Shown here in pieces: positions 51,540 through 63,697 of a DNA stretch of 64,000 nucleotides. The stretch spans positions 1,631,368 to 1,695,367 of the forward strand of contig CAWANH010000029.1 of the NCBI GenBank assembly GCA_963783375.1, given 5' to 3'. The notes below the pieces were generated by a model. The model made no database searches, had not been told where the DNA came from, and saw only the letters and a program-made list of their open reading frames with translations. The number at the start of each line of letters is the position of its first letter. The stretch's first letter is position 1. Position numbers and translations under genes: made by a program. The stretch is from Candidatus Eiseniibacteriota bacterium (lineage in GTDB: Bacteria > Eisenbacteria > RBG-16-71-46 > JABDJR01).

Positions 51540-53535
51540 ATGAGCACCCCACCCGGACCCGCACCATCACGGTGCCCCGGGTCCAGTACCGGAACTTCGA
51601 GGTCGAGGTCGAGCCCCGCGCTGACGGCGCGGAGGGCGAGATCCGCCTCTACCCCCTCACCTTCTCGAGCGAGGTCCCCGTCCGGCGCTTCTCCTGGGAC
51701 ACCTGGGAGGAGTACGACGAGGTCCTCTCCCACGCCCCCGGCGACGTCGACTTCTCCCGGGCCCGGAGCGGCCTCCCCCTCATCAAGTCCCACCAGCGGC
51801 TCCTCCACTTCGGCTCGGTGAACGACGTCAGCCTCGACGAGGGCGCAACCGCCTCCGGGGCCTGGCCAGCTTCTCCTCGATCCCCCTGGGGCAGGAGCAG
51901 GAGACGATGCTCCGCGAGGGGCACATCAAGTCGGTCTCGGTCGGCTACCAGGTCCTCTCCATGGAGATGGTGGCCAAGGACAACAAGACCGGGATCGCCA
52001 CCTACCGCTGCCGGTGGATGCCCTACGAGGTCTCCACCGAACCCATTCCCGCCGACTACAAGGTCGGCTTCGGCCGCACGCGGGCGGAAGCCCGCGCCGG
52101 AGGACATCGATCTGGTCACGTTCACGATCGAGGAACCCGCGATGGAAGGAGAACGCGCCATGAGTGTCGAAGCAGGAACCCCGCCCGCCGCGGCCACCCC
52201 GGCCGCCCAGGGCACCGAGTCCCCGGCCAAGCCGGCGGCGGCTCCGCCGGCACCCGCGCCCGTCGAGACCCGCGACCGCGGGGCCGAGGCCGCCGAGATC
52301 ATGGAGATGGCCCAGGCCCACGGCGTGGGCGCCAAGGCCGCCGGGTGGATCCGCCAGGGGCTCACCCCCGACCAGGTCTCCCGCGAGATCCTGAAGCGCG
52401 GTCCGCACCCAGGGCCCCGGCCAGCCCTCGGCCGAGTCCCTGGCCGCCATGCCCGCCCGGGACCGGAAGCGCTACTCCGTCCACCGGGCGATCCGGCTGC
52501 AGGCCGAGATCATGGACGGGAAGCGGGGCCGCTACGACGGCCTCGAGGCCGAGGTCCACGAGGAGCTGGCCAAGCACCGGACCGGCGCCGACCACGGCGG
52601 GATCCTGGTCCCCTGGCGGCTCCGGGGCGAGGACGAGCTGGGCGACGCGCAGGCCCGCGCCCTCGGCACCACCCAGCCGACCGGCGGGGCGACGCTGGTC
52701 GGCCAGCAGATCATGCCCGACATGATCGACCTGCTCCGGAACCGCGCCCTGGTGCTCGTGGCCGGCGCCCGGCTCTACCCCGGCCTCCAGGGCGTCGTCT
52801 ACTTCAACAAGAAGACCGGGGCGCCGACGGTGACCTGGATGGAGGAGAACCCGCCCGGCCGACGCCCCGCAGTCCGAGCCCGCCTACGGCTACGTGTCCC
52901 TCTCCCCCAAGACGCTGATCGGGCAGGTCCAGATCCCGCGGCAGCTGCTCGTGATGTCCTCCATCGACGTCGAGGCCGACGTCCGGAGCGACCTCGCGAT
53001 CGGCCACGGCCTGGCCCTCGACCTGGGGGCGCTCCACGGGAAGGGCACCGACAAGCAGCCGGTCGGGATCTACTCCGCGGCCGACGTCCAGTCCCACGCG
53101 GTGGGCGGGGTGCCCGACCTCACCGACATCACCACCATGCCCGCGCTGGTGGCGGACAAGAACGCCGACCTCGGGAGCCTCTCCTGGATGACCACCCCGC
53201 TCCTGGCCGGGGTGCTGAAGCGCACCCCGCTCGTGGCCGGCTACCCGGTCTTCCTCTGGGTCGGGACCTACCGCGAGGGCGAGCTCGGCGGCTACCCCGC
53301 CCGCACCACCAACCAGATCTCCAAGACCCTGGGCGCCGGCGCCGAGCACGGGCTGGTGTTCGGGAACTGGAACGATCTCCTGGTCGGGATGTGGGGGAAC
53401 GACCTCGAGATCGTGGTCGACGTGGTCACCAAGGCCGCCCGCGGCCAGATCCTCATCACCAGCTACTCCATGGGCGACACCGCGGTCCGCCGGGGCGAGT
53501 CGTTCGTGAAGGGCACCGGGGCCACGCTCTCGTAG
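51540..53535 (+). CDS. Prohead protease - HK97-fold major capsid fusion (multiple frameshifts)
   Basis: FSSEVPV..EVLSH, SVSVGY, WMPYEVSTEPIPAD..VGFGR; GGATLVG, LSPKT, GYPARTTNQI, FGNWNDLLVGMWG. Confidence 0.88.
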
Positions 53536-53547
53536 AAGGGACGACCG

Positions 53548-53853
53548 ATGGCGGACACGCAGACGCTCACGATCGAGATCACGACCGGCCACTGCCTGGG
53601 GGGCGAAGGGAACGACGTCTACCCCGGGCAGGTGCTGGTGGCCCCCCGGGACCTGCCTCTGGCCGAGGCGCGGAAGAAGGTCCGGATGGGCTACGCCCGC
53701 GTGGTCCCCGACGCCGAGGCCGCCGCCCCGGGGGCCACGGAGGCCCCCGGACCCGCGGTCGTCACCCACGGGGACCCGGCCGCCGAGAGCCGGGATCCCA
53801 TCACCCAGCCGTCCGAGGGGCGGCGGAGCCGGTCCAAGGCCGGCGGGAGGTAA
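53548..53853 (+). CDS. Small phage head-associated protein
   Basis: RBS and position after the capsid gene; Ala/Pro-rich tail. Confidence 0.65.
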   Translation: MADTQTLTIEITTGHCLGGEGNDVYPGQVLVAPRDLPLAEARKKVRMGYARVVPDAEAAAPGATEAPGPAVVTHGDPAAESRDPITQPSEGRRSRSKAGGR

Positions 53854-53857
53854 CGGC

Positions 53858-54248
53858 ATGACCCACTTGCTCAACGCCCTGGCCCAGGCCGCGGGGTCGG
53901 TCCTCGCGGCCGCCGCCCGGCGCACCGCGACCCTGACCGGGACCGGGATCGACGTCCTCGCCTACGAGGGCGTGGGGCTCTTCGTCCTCAACAGCTCCGC
54001 CGGCACCGGGACCGACCCCACCCTGGACGTGAAGCTCCAGCACTCGGACGACGACGTGACCTACGCCGACGTCGACGCGCGGCGCCTTCACCCAGGTGAC
54101 CGACGTGGCGGGCACGGCCGGGGTCCAGGTGAAGAAGCTGAACGTGGCCGACCTCAAGCGCTACGTCCGGGTCGTGGGGACGGTCGGGGGCGGCACCCCG
54201 TCCTTCGACTACGGCGTGGAGTTCCTGGGCATCCGGAAGGCGAGCTGA
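53858..54248 (+). CDS. Phage head/neck protein (frameshift ~54080)
   Basis: TGTGIDV..PTLDVKLQHSDD..YADV..KRYVRV. Confidence 0.65.
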
Positions 54249-54250
54249 CC

Positions 54251-54559
54251 GTGGCGTTCCTGGGCGAGGAGGACATCGCGGCCATGCTGGCGGACCTGGC
54301 CGAGGCCGGAGGCGGGGTCGAGGTCGCGCTCGGCGAGGCGACCACGACCGGCCTCCGGGACCGGGAGGCCGCCGAGCTCCTGGGCGACGCCATGCCCGGG
54401 GTGGTGGCCGCCGACGAGGTGGTCCACGTCCGGACGGGCGCGCTCCCGGGCCTCGCCTCCGGCGCGGCGATCACCGTGGACGGCACGAGCTACGTGGTCC
54501 TGAAGGTGCTCCCCTACGGCGACGGGGCCCTGACCCGGATCGCCCTGAGGACGCCGTGA
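54251..54559 (+). CDS. Head-closure / head-tail joining protein
   Basis: GAAITVDGTSYVV..DGALTRIAL; synteny. Confidence 0.65.
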   Translation: MAFLGEEDIAAMLADLAEAGGGVEVALGEATTTGLRDREAAELLGDAMPGVVAADEVVHVRTGALPGLASGAAITVDGTSYVVLKVLPYGDGALTRIALRTP

Positions 54560-55026
54560 GCACGATCCGGGAGCGGCTCGTGGCCGCCGCCGTCACCGCC
54601 CTCGCCTCCGGCGCTCCGGCCGGGATCCCGGCACCGGTCCGGACCCGGCTGGATTCGCCGGGGGCGGACCAGCTCCCGGCGCTCACCGTCTACCAGGCGG
54701 CCGAGACGGTGGAGACCATGCGGGACTTCCGCGCGGGGCGCTCGGCCCGCGGACCCATCGTCCGGCGGGCGCTGCTCCTGAACGTGGAGGTCCTGACCCG
54801 GGCCACCGCCGGCGACGAGCCCGACAAGGTCGCCGACCCGATCCTCGCCTGGGCGACGAAGGCCCTCGGCGCGGCCGGCACCTTCGACGGCCTCGCCAAC
54901 CACCCGGCCGACGAGGCCGGCACCCGGTTCGAGTACGAGCAGGGGGAGACCGCGTTCTGCCGGGCCACGATGACGTTCCGGATCCAGTACCAGTCCCGCG
55001 CCGACGACGCGGAAGAGGTGGCGTGA
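54556..55026 (+). CDS. Tail terminator-like protein
   Basis: MSTIRERLV..LPALTVY..FRIQYQS; directly precedes the tail tube gene. Confidence 0.65.
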   Translation: MSTIRERLVAAAVTALASGAPAGIPAPVRTRLDSPGADQLPALTVYQAAETVETMRDFRAGRSARGPIVRRALLLNVEVLTRATAGDEPDKVADPILAWATKALGAAGTFDGLANHPADEAGTRFEYEQGETAFCRATMTFRIQYQSRADDAEEVA

Positions 55027-55044
55027 GGCCGCCGGGAGGAGACC

Positions 55045-55809
55045 ATGCCCGAAGTCGTGAACGGCAACAACATCCTGCTCGGCCGGGGGAAGATCTACTT
55101 CGACCGGTTCGACGCCGCCGGGGCGCGGACCGGCGAGCTCTTCCTGGGGAACTGCCCCACGTTCGAGATCACGCCCACGTCCGAGGACGTCAAGAAGTAC
55201 TCGAGCGCGGACAAGTCCGCCGACCTGATCGCCTCGGACGTCCTCCGCACCACCCTGGCGCTGCGGATCGTGGGCGACGAGTTCTCGAAGGAGAACCTCG
55301 CCATGGCCCTCTTCGGGGACACCGCGACCCTCTCCCAGACCGGCTCCACCGTCACCGGCGAGGCGATCTCGGGCGTCCTCCAGGGCCGCTACTACCCGCT
55401 CTCCAAGCGCCAGGTGAGCCTCGTGACCGTGACCGACGGCGGCGCGACCACCTACGTGGAGGGCGACGACTACAAGGTCGACGCGGTGACCGGCCGGATC
55501 TACATCGTCGAGGGGGGCGGGATCGCCGACGACTCCGACCTCGAGGTGGACTTCACCTACGCGACCATCGCGCTCCCCACCGTCCGCGGCATGAACCAGA
55601 CCTCGGTCAAGGGCTACCTCCGGTTCATCGGGGACCCCGCCCGGGGGCCCAAGTACGAGTGCGAGATCTGGCGGGCCTCGGTCCGGGCCGACGGCGCCAT
55701 CGGGTTCATCTCGGACGAGTACTCGAGCTTCACCCTGACCGGCGACATCGAGTCCGACGCCGTCAACCACCCCGACGAGCCGCACTACCGGCTCATCCGG
55801 ATCGCGTGA
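55045..55809 (+). CDS. Major tail tube protein
   Basis: LGRGKIYF..FLGNCPTF..ENLAMALFG..YKVDAVTGRI; GGGAGG RBS. Confidence 0.82.
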   Translation: MPEVVNGNNILLGRGKIYFDRFDAAGARTGELFLGNCPTFEITPTSEDVKKYSSADKSADLIASDVLRTTLALRIVGDEFSKENLAMALFGDTATLSQTGSTVTGEAISGVLQGRYYPLSKRQVSLVTVTDGGATTYVEGDDYKVDAVTGRIYIVEGGGIADDSDLEVDFTYATIALPTVRGMNQTSVKGYLRFIGDPARGPKYECEIWRASVRADGAIGFISDEYSSFTLTGDIESDAVNHPDEPHYRLIRIA

Positions 55810-56518
55810 TGGCCCCGAAGCACGTCCTGGGGGGCCGGACGTTCCTCCCCATCACCGAGTCCACCGTGGAGCAGGACTTCCGGTTCCTGGCGCTGGTGAA
55901 GCAGGCCCGGATCGACGAGGTCGTGCTCCGGCCCGGGGAGAGCCCCGAGGCGTTCGCGCGGCGGCTCCTGGAAGCGGCCGTGGCGAGCGGGGCCATCCTG
56001 GAGCTCCTGGGGTGCCTCCTGGTCCCCGAGGAAGCCGCGCCCCGGGACCGGGACCCCGGGGAGGCCTGGACCCGGGAGATGGGCGCCGAGACCGCCCGGT
56101 TCCTGGGCCGGCTCCGGGACCCCGCGGACAAGGCGCGCGATCCGGAGCCTCGTGCTGTCCCTGCTCGATCTCTTTTTTCGAGAGCGGGATCGTCTCTTTG
56201 TGGACTTCGACGACGTCCTCCGGCGAGGCGGTCCCGACCGAAGGGCAACCCGAGCGCGACGCCGGGCGCTACGGACCCTGGACCGGGCTCGTCCTGGAGC
56301 TCGCCGGAGGCGACCACGACGACGCCGAGCGGATCGTCCGCTGGCCCCTCCGGGTGGCACTCCACGCCTACCGCGCGCGGATGAAGATGCTGGCCCTGGA
56401 GGACTACCGCCACCGGTTCCTGTGCTGGTGCGTGACCGCGCCCCACGCGGCCAAGGGCTCCCGCCCGCGGCCGCCCGAGATCCCGGAGATCCTGCGAGGA
56501 CGCCATGGACACCCCTGA
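55809..56518 (+). CDS. Tail assembly chaperone G/GT pair with candidate -1 frameshift
   Basis: Lies between tube and tape measure genes; slippery T TTT TTC at 56173-56179. Confidence 0.7.
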
Positions 56519-59080
56519 CGTCCGCGTCCGGCTCTCCGCGGAAGGCGTGGCCGAGGTCGTGGCTGCGCTCAAGAAGGTGCAGGTCGAGTCCGAGAAGGCG
56601 GCGGCCAAGCAGTCCCGCGGGTTCCTGGGCCTGAACCGGATCCTGGGCTCGACCGCCGCGCTCCTCGACACCCTGGGGGTGGCGCTCGGCGTCCACAAGT
56701 TCCGCCGCTGGATCGACGCCTCGGTCGACGCCGCCGACCAGGTGGAGAAGCTCGGGCAGAAGGTCGGGGCCTCGACCGAGAACCTCTCCGCGCTGCACCT
56801 GGTCGCCCGGACCTCCGCCTCGAGCCTCGAGGACATGGGGGCGGCGCTCGCCCGCCAGAACAAGTTCCTCGGCCCAGGCGGCCGAGGGGAGCCCCCGGGC
56901 GATCGCCGTGCTGCGCGACCTCGGCCTCACGCTCAAGGACTTCCAGGGGAAGGACGCGGTCCAGGCCTTCGACCTCCTCGCCCAGCGGATCACCGCCCTC
57001 CCCTCCCCCGTCCAGCGCACCAAGGCCGCGATGGACATCTTCGGGCGCTCCGGCGCGAACCTCATCCCGACCATGAACGCCCTGGCCGAGGAGGGCCTGG
57101 CCCACGTGATCGACCGGGCCCGGGAGCTGGGGGTCCTGATCGACACGCGGCTGGCCGGCCTCGGCCCGGCAGATGAACGAGGACTTCGAGGTGCTGAAGG
57201 CCCAGTCCGAGGGCCTCGGCACCCGGCTCGCCGCCGGGCTCGTCCCCCAGGTCTCCCAGGCGCTCCAGATCATGAGCGGGGATCTGAAGCAGACCACCGA
57301 CGCCTGGGAGTACGTTCGGGAAGGGGATCGGGCTGGTGGTGAAGTTCATCGTGGCCGTGGTGTCCTCCGCCTTCGACCTGGTCGGGACCGGGCTCGGGTT
57401 CCTCATGATCCGGATCGACTCCGGGGTGCGGGCCCTGAACGCGCTCCTCCACGGCCGGCTCGAGGACGCCAAGGCGTACCTGAACGCCGCCGGGGAGACG
57501 ATCGCCGAACGAGCAGGCGGCGCTCATGGCCCGGCTCAAGGCCCGGTTCGAGCTCCTGGTCTCCTCCCCGCCCGAGCCCGCCACGCACCCCGACGCCCCC
57601 GCCCGGGGAGCTTCCCGAGGACCCCGCCGCGCTCGCCGCCAAGCGGGCGCAGGTCCTGCAGGCCGCCCTCGACCGCGAGCTGGCCCTGGTGCGGACCACG
57701 GCCACCCTCCGGAACAACGCCGAGAAGCGGGCGTTCGAGGAGGGGCTGAACGACGTCCGCGCCTACTACGCGGACCGCCGGCGGATCGCCGACGAGGCCT
57801 TCGCCCAGGAGGTCGAGGTCCTGGAGAAGAAGCGGGGGCTGCTCTCGGAGCGAGACCGACCCCAGCGCGACGGCTCGAGGAAGAGGGGAAGATCGAGGAC
57901 GAGTTGGCCAAGGCGCGCCTCGAGCACGAGGAGGAGATCGCGGCGCTCACCGCCGAGGAGCGGGAAGCGGTCCGGGACCTCGGCCAGGAGCGGCTGGCGC
58001 TGGAGAAGAGCCTCCTCGAGGCCCAGGGCCGGCGGCTCGAGGCCGCGCTCGCCGGGATCGACGAGGAGATCCGGAAGACCGATCTGCTGCTCCGGAAGCA
58101 GGGAGCCTCGGACGCGGAGCGGGAGGCGACGCTCGCGCGGCTCCGGCGCTCCCTGGAGGCCGGCGCCAGGTTCGATGAAGCCAAGCGCCAGGCCGAGGCC
58201 GCCTGGCCGAGCTCGACGCCGCGCGCTCCGCAGATCGAGGCCAAGGTCTCGGCGGGGCTGCTCTCCCAGGTCGAGGGCGAGCAGCAGCTCCTGGCCATCG
58301 AGGAGGACCGGCTCGCCGCGCTCCAGGCCCTGGCCGAGGGGCTCGACGCCGCCGCCCGGGCGACCGGCGACCCCGAGAAGATCGCCCAGGCCCGGGCGTT
58401 CTCCGACGCCGTCCGCGACCTCGGGTTCACGGTGGAAGGCGCCCGGGCCTCGTTCGCCGCCTTCGGGAAGGCCGCCCTCGACGCCGGCCGGGACGCGCTC
58501 ACCGAGTTCTTCGACACCGGGATCACCGGGGCCAAGTCGTTCCAGGACGCGTTCCGGGACATGGCGCTGTCCATCATCGCCGACCTCCGCCGGATGGCGG
58601 CGCAGCTCCTCGCCACCGCGATCATGCGCCGAAGATCGCCGGCGTGTTCGGCGGGCGGCGGCCTGGTCGGGGGCGAGGGAGACCCGAAGAAGGCCGACGG
58701 GCGGGATCCTGGGCGGCCTCGGGACCGGGACCTCCGACTCGAACCTCGCCTGGTTCTCCCGGGGCGAGTACCTGGTCCGGGCCGCGGTGGTCCAGGAGCC
58801 GGGCGTGCTCCGGCACCTGGAGGACCTCAACCGCCGGGGCGTCCGGGCCCTGGTCGCCCCGCCCGTCGTGATCACCGTCCCCGCGCCCCGGTTCGCCGAG
58901 GGCGGCCTGGTGGACCGGAGCGCGTCGCCGGCCGACGGCGCCTCCCGGGACGGGCGGCTCCTGATCGGCCTCGAAGAGGGCCTCGTGCTCCGCGAGCTCG
59001 AGTCCTCCGCCGGCCAGCGGATCCTGGTCCGCGCCATGGCCCGGAACCGCCGCGCCATCCGCTCGGCCCTGGGGACCTGA
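56505..59080 (+). CDS. Tail tape measure protein (multiple frameshifts)
   Basis: AMDIFGRSGANLIP, long Ala/Glu/Arg helices, GTGTSDSNLAWFSRGEYLVRA, FAEGGLV. Confidence 0.85.
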
Positions 59081-59082
59081 CC

Positions 59083-60694
59083 ATGTGGACGACCGGCATC
59101 GCCACCGACTACATCGACCTCCTCGACCGGCTGGACTTCTTCCTGACCGGGCTCCGGGAGCGCGTTCGGGGTCGTCGTACTCCGGCATCGGTGACGGCCG
59201 GCTCACCGACTACCGCGGCGGGGGCGCCGCCATCGCCCAGACGTTCACCGTCACCGCCACTCTCGGACACCACGTTCTCGGTGGTCGGCTCGGTGACCGG
59301 GAGCCACGCCAACGCCACGGTCGGGGTCGCCTACTCCAACCCCCGGGTCGCGTTCACCATCACCGCCGGCGCCACGCCGTTCCAGGCCGGGGACGCGTTC
59401 ACGCTCTCCACCGCGCCCGCCTGGACCACCCTCCGGCGCTCCCTGGGCGCCAAGGTGCTGGCCACCCAGGGCAACACCGGGACCTACGCCGCCCAGAACC
59501 TCGTCGACGGGAAGACCGACGACGGCACCAACAACACTGGGCGTCGACGCCCCGATCACGATCCCCCAGGACATCGAGATCACCCTCTACCAGGAGGAGA
59601 CCATCGTCCAGCTACCAGCTCGGCGAGTTCGTCGAATTCTGGTACTCCCGGACGACTGGACGTTCGACTACTGGAACGGCGTCGGCCTGGGTCACCCTCG
59701 ACAGCCTGGCCGGAGTTCAGCGGCACCACCGGCGTCGTCCGCCACTTCGACATCGCCGCCCCGGTGGCCGCGACCCGCTACCGGCTCCACATCACCAAGC
59801 CACAAGTACACGAACGGCCATGATGCTCGGGGTGCATCCGGCTGCTGCGGGCCGACGGCGTGGACGCCGCCGCGGGGCAGGTCGATCTGGAAGGCGCCGG
59901 GGAACGACGGGGACAGCGGGATCTACGTGGGCGTGCGGCCGTTCGAGCGCGCCGACGCCGACTACTACGACTGGGAGCTCTGCGGGTTCGACGGGTTCGT
60001 GTCCACCTCGCACCTCCGCCTCCAGCCCGGGTTCCACGGGAAGCTCTACCTCCCGCTCTGGCAGGCCACCATCCCCTACTGGTTCGTGGCCGACGGCCGG
60101 CGGGCGATCGTGATCGCCAAGATCAACACCAACTACGAGATGGCCTACCTGGGCCTCCTCGACCCCTACTTCTCCCCCGAGCAGTGGCCCTACCCCCTGG
60201 CCCTGGGCGGCACCCTCGCCCTGGGCGAGGCGCCAGGTCCAGTACAACGAGCACGCTCTACCGGTGGAGCGAGGCCAGCGACAAGCACCGGATGCCGACC
60301 CACTCCGACACCCTGACCAACACGCCGCCGAACCTGCTGCCCGAGGACGCCCAGCTCCGGGCCAGGAACCTGGACGGCGCCTGGCTCCCGTTCGCCGCGT
60401 CCCGGAACGGCAACCCGACCTACGCGCCCCAGAGCTACGAGCACATCATCTGGCCCTACCGGGGCGGGATGAGCCTCCTCGACCTCAACCTCGACGGCTC
60501 CCGGACCCTCTGGCCGGTGATGCTGAACGCGGCCGAGCCCAACACGATCGGCCAGCTCCGGGGCGTGGCCGCGGTCTCCGGCCAGGGGCTCACCGCCGAG
60601 ACCCTGATCCGCCTCGGCGCCGTCGACTGGATGGCGTTCCACAACATCACCCGCACCGAGCCGCGAGGACTTCCTCGCCGTGGCCCTGGACTGA
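59083..60694 (+). CDS. Tail-tip virion protein with discoidin-like insert (frameshifted)
   Basis: ATDYIDLLDRL, YWFVADGRRAIVIAKI..YEMAYLG..QWPYPL, GQLRGV. Confidence 0.7.
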
Positions 60695-60698
60695 ACCC

Positions 60699-61726
60699 AT
60701 GGCCGCCAGCCTACCAGACCGGGATCAGCTCCTCCCCGACGAACCTGCTCCAGACGCTCGTGAGCTGGCTCACCGACCAGGGCTGGACCCTGGACCTGAG
60801 CCAGGCCGACGCCTCGGGGTGGCGGGCGCACCTCCACAAGTCCGGCCTCTACGTGAACCTCCGGGCGGCCATGAACGAGAAGATCTGGACCAAGTCGACC
60901 GGGGCCTGGGACCACAGCCTGGGCTACGGGATCGGCCTCTACCTCGGAGACGGCCACGACGGCGGGGCGAGCTGGGTCGAGCAGCCCGGGCGGCCGCTTC
61001 GGACCGACACGCCCCCCTCGACCTCCGGGTGCGGCATGAACCTCCCCGCGGGGTCGGTCGCCGGCTATCACTTCTTCGACGACGGCCTGGACAACGTGAT
61101 CGTCGTGGTCGAGAAGAGCCCCGGGGTCTTCGTCCACATGGGGTGGGGACTGCGGCTGGCCGACATGGGCGCCCCGGAGGACTTCCCCTACTTCTTCGCC
61201 AGCACCTCGGCCTACCGGAACACCGAGACCCGATCCCAGCCGGTCCAACTGCCGGCGGGTCAACCAGACCGCCTGGGCGCCCTTCGCCCGGCTGCCCCAC
61301 GAGCACCGAGACCGACTACGACGCCGACGCCGGCGGGTTCGTGCGGGTGGACGCCGCGACGTTCTCCGGGCCGCTGGGTGGCAGACTGCACCGGCGACGA
61401 GGCCGACGACGGCTACACCGGCCGGTTCATGGACGGCCCCCTCAACCCGAACGGCTACGACAACCAGCGCCAGACAGCAGCACCCCGACTACGACTTCTA
61501 GGTCGGCCGCGTCGACCCAGACCGCCTTCGCCGGCGCGCTGCTGCTCCCGATCCACCTCTTCGTCCTCACCGACCCCGGCGGCGCGGTGGGCCCCGCTCG
61601 GCTACCCCCCGAACGTGTTCTGGTGCGAGGCGGTCGGCGCGGGCTACGCCGCCGCGGGAGATCCTCCAGGTCGGCGGGCTCGACTACATGCTCTTCCCCA
61701 ACTTCGCCGTGCGGAAGGCGGCGTGA
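60699..61726 (+). CDS. Tail-tip virion protein (frameshifted)
   Basis: YQTGISSSPTNLLQTL..GWT, YHFFDD..VVVEKSPGVFVHMGWG, PLGYPP. Confidence 0.68.
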
Positions 61727-61727
61727 G

Positions 61728-62816
61728 ATGGAAGCCGGCACCCTCGCCCCCGGGCTGGCTCGCGCTGCCGACCGGCCCCGGACGGCTCGGTCTGCTCCTG
61801 AGGGACGCCTCGCTCCCGCTGCCCCTGGACGAGGCCTCGGTGGTGGCGCCGCTCTCGTTCGAGGCGCTGTTCGGCGCCCTGGCCGACCCGCGGCCGGACG
61901 CGTTCGCGTTCGCGGGCTTCCCCGGGCCCGGCGAGGACCTGGCCATCCTCGACCACGATCCACGTGATCCCCCGCCGGCGCGACCTCGGGGCGGTGGTCT
62001 CGGAGCAGGAGATCGAGGTCGAGGTCTGGAACGCGTTCCTCGCCCGGGCGCAAGGTGCTGGACGAGATCACGGTCGAGGGCCCGGCCGGGATCGAGGTCG
62101 TCGACCACCTCGGCCAGCCCGCCCACTTCCCCGCCTCCGACTCCCAGGTCTACCGGGTGAAGGTCTACGCCGAGGGCGATCCGCTCATCGACAACCTCAT
62201 CACCTGGGTGTTCGTGGAGGTGGACCCCGCCGGCACGAACATCCGCATCCTCGGGTTCCGGCTCATCCCGTTCCCGTTCCCGCCGAACTGGGCGGAGCCC
62301 GGTGGTGGAGACGTTCGGGTACCTGACCGACGTCCTGACCTCGTTCCGGGGCATGGAGCAGCGCGTGCAGCTGCGCGCGGTCCCGGTCGGGACCATCGCC
62401 TACTCGGTGCTCCTGGACGACCTCCGCGACGCCCAGATGGCCGGGGCGATCCTCTTCGGGAACCAGGCCCGCGCGTTCGGGATCGGCCGGTGGCAGTTCC
62501 GGGTGCCGCTGGCCCAGGACGCCGTGCCCGACGACCTCGAGGTGCTCTGCGACACCGCCGACATCCCGTTCGAGCCGGGCGGGCTGGTGCTGCTCTGGGC
62601 CGATCCCGTACCGGTGGGAGGTCCAGACGATCGAGAGCGTCCTGGCGGACCGCCTGGTGCTCACCCTGGGCCTCCGGAACGCCTGGACCGCCGGGGTGAC
62701 CGGGGTGCTGCCGCTGGTCGTCGGCCGGCTCTCGCCCGAGGAGGCCGTTCACCTGGGAGTCGCTGGCCATCGCCTCCACCGCGCTCGTGTTCGACATCGA
62801 CGGGTTCCGGCCATGA
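61728..62816 (+). CDS. Tail-tip virion protein (frameshifted)
   Basis: VEVWNAF, FPPNW, YLTDVLTSFRGMEQRVQLR. Confidence 0.68.
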
Positions 62817-63078
62817 GCGTGCTCGCGTACTTCCTGCACAAGCGCGAGTCGTTCTCCGCCCACCTCGCCTGGGGGGCGCTCCTGGGGCTCGTGGCCGCCC
62901 ACCGGGCCGGGGACGCCCTCGTTGGCCATCCCCCTCGCCGCCTGCCTCGGCGTGGCGTGGGAGCTCGTCTCGGGGCGCCTGAGCCACGCGGCGCCTGGCG
63001 GCCCGCGCCCGCTCGACGTCGTGCCCTGGGTCCTGGGCGGGGTCCTGGCCGCGCTCCTGGAGGCGCGTGCTCCTGTGA
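62813..63078 (+). CDS. Small membrane protein within the tail module (frameshifted)
   Basis: HLAWGALLGL, LGVAWELV, DVVPWVLGG hydrophobic segments; ATGA/GTGA overlaps. Confidence 0.5.
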
Positions 63079-63697
63079 CCTACCTGGGCTACGACGTCCT
63101 CGCCCTCAACTACAACCGCCTGGGGCCGTTCCAGGAGCAGCTCCGGCGGAAGTTCGTGCTCCTGGACTCCAGGACCGGGAAGCGCGTGGCCGACGAGCAG
63201 GCTCCCGCGCCGGCGCCGTCCCGGCCGTTCACCTGGACCGCCCTCGGCCGGGCCGAGATCGCCGCCATGCGCGCGTTCCTCGACGCCCGGGTCGGCCGCG
63301 CGGTGCCGTTCTGGCTCCCGAGCTTCCAGTGGGACCTCTCGCTCGCCGAGGACGTCCTCCAGGACCAGTCCATCGTCACCATCCACTGGGTCCGGTTACC
63401 GCCAGCAGATGTGGGGCACGACCGGGGCCCGGCGCCACGTCGCCCTCTGGACCGCTGGGCGACGGCGCCATGGACTTCTACCGGATCGCCGACGCCACCG
63501 ACCCCGGCGACTACCTGACCGAGACCCTGACCCTGGACCCCGTCGCCGTCCGCGACTACCCCATGGCCCAGACCGTGGTCTCGTTCCTGAAGCTCTGCCG
63601 CCTCGAGGACGACCGGGTCGAGATCCGCTACCCCAGCGCCGGCGTGGCCGAGGCCACGATCCGGGTCCGCGAGCTCCCCCTGGAGGCGCCGGTATGA
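63075..63697 (+). CDS. Distal-tail-like protein (frameshifted)
   Basis: AMRAFLDARVGRAVPFWLPS, SFLKLCRLEDD. Confidence 0.7.
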
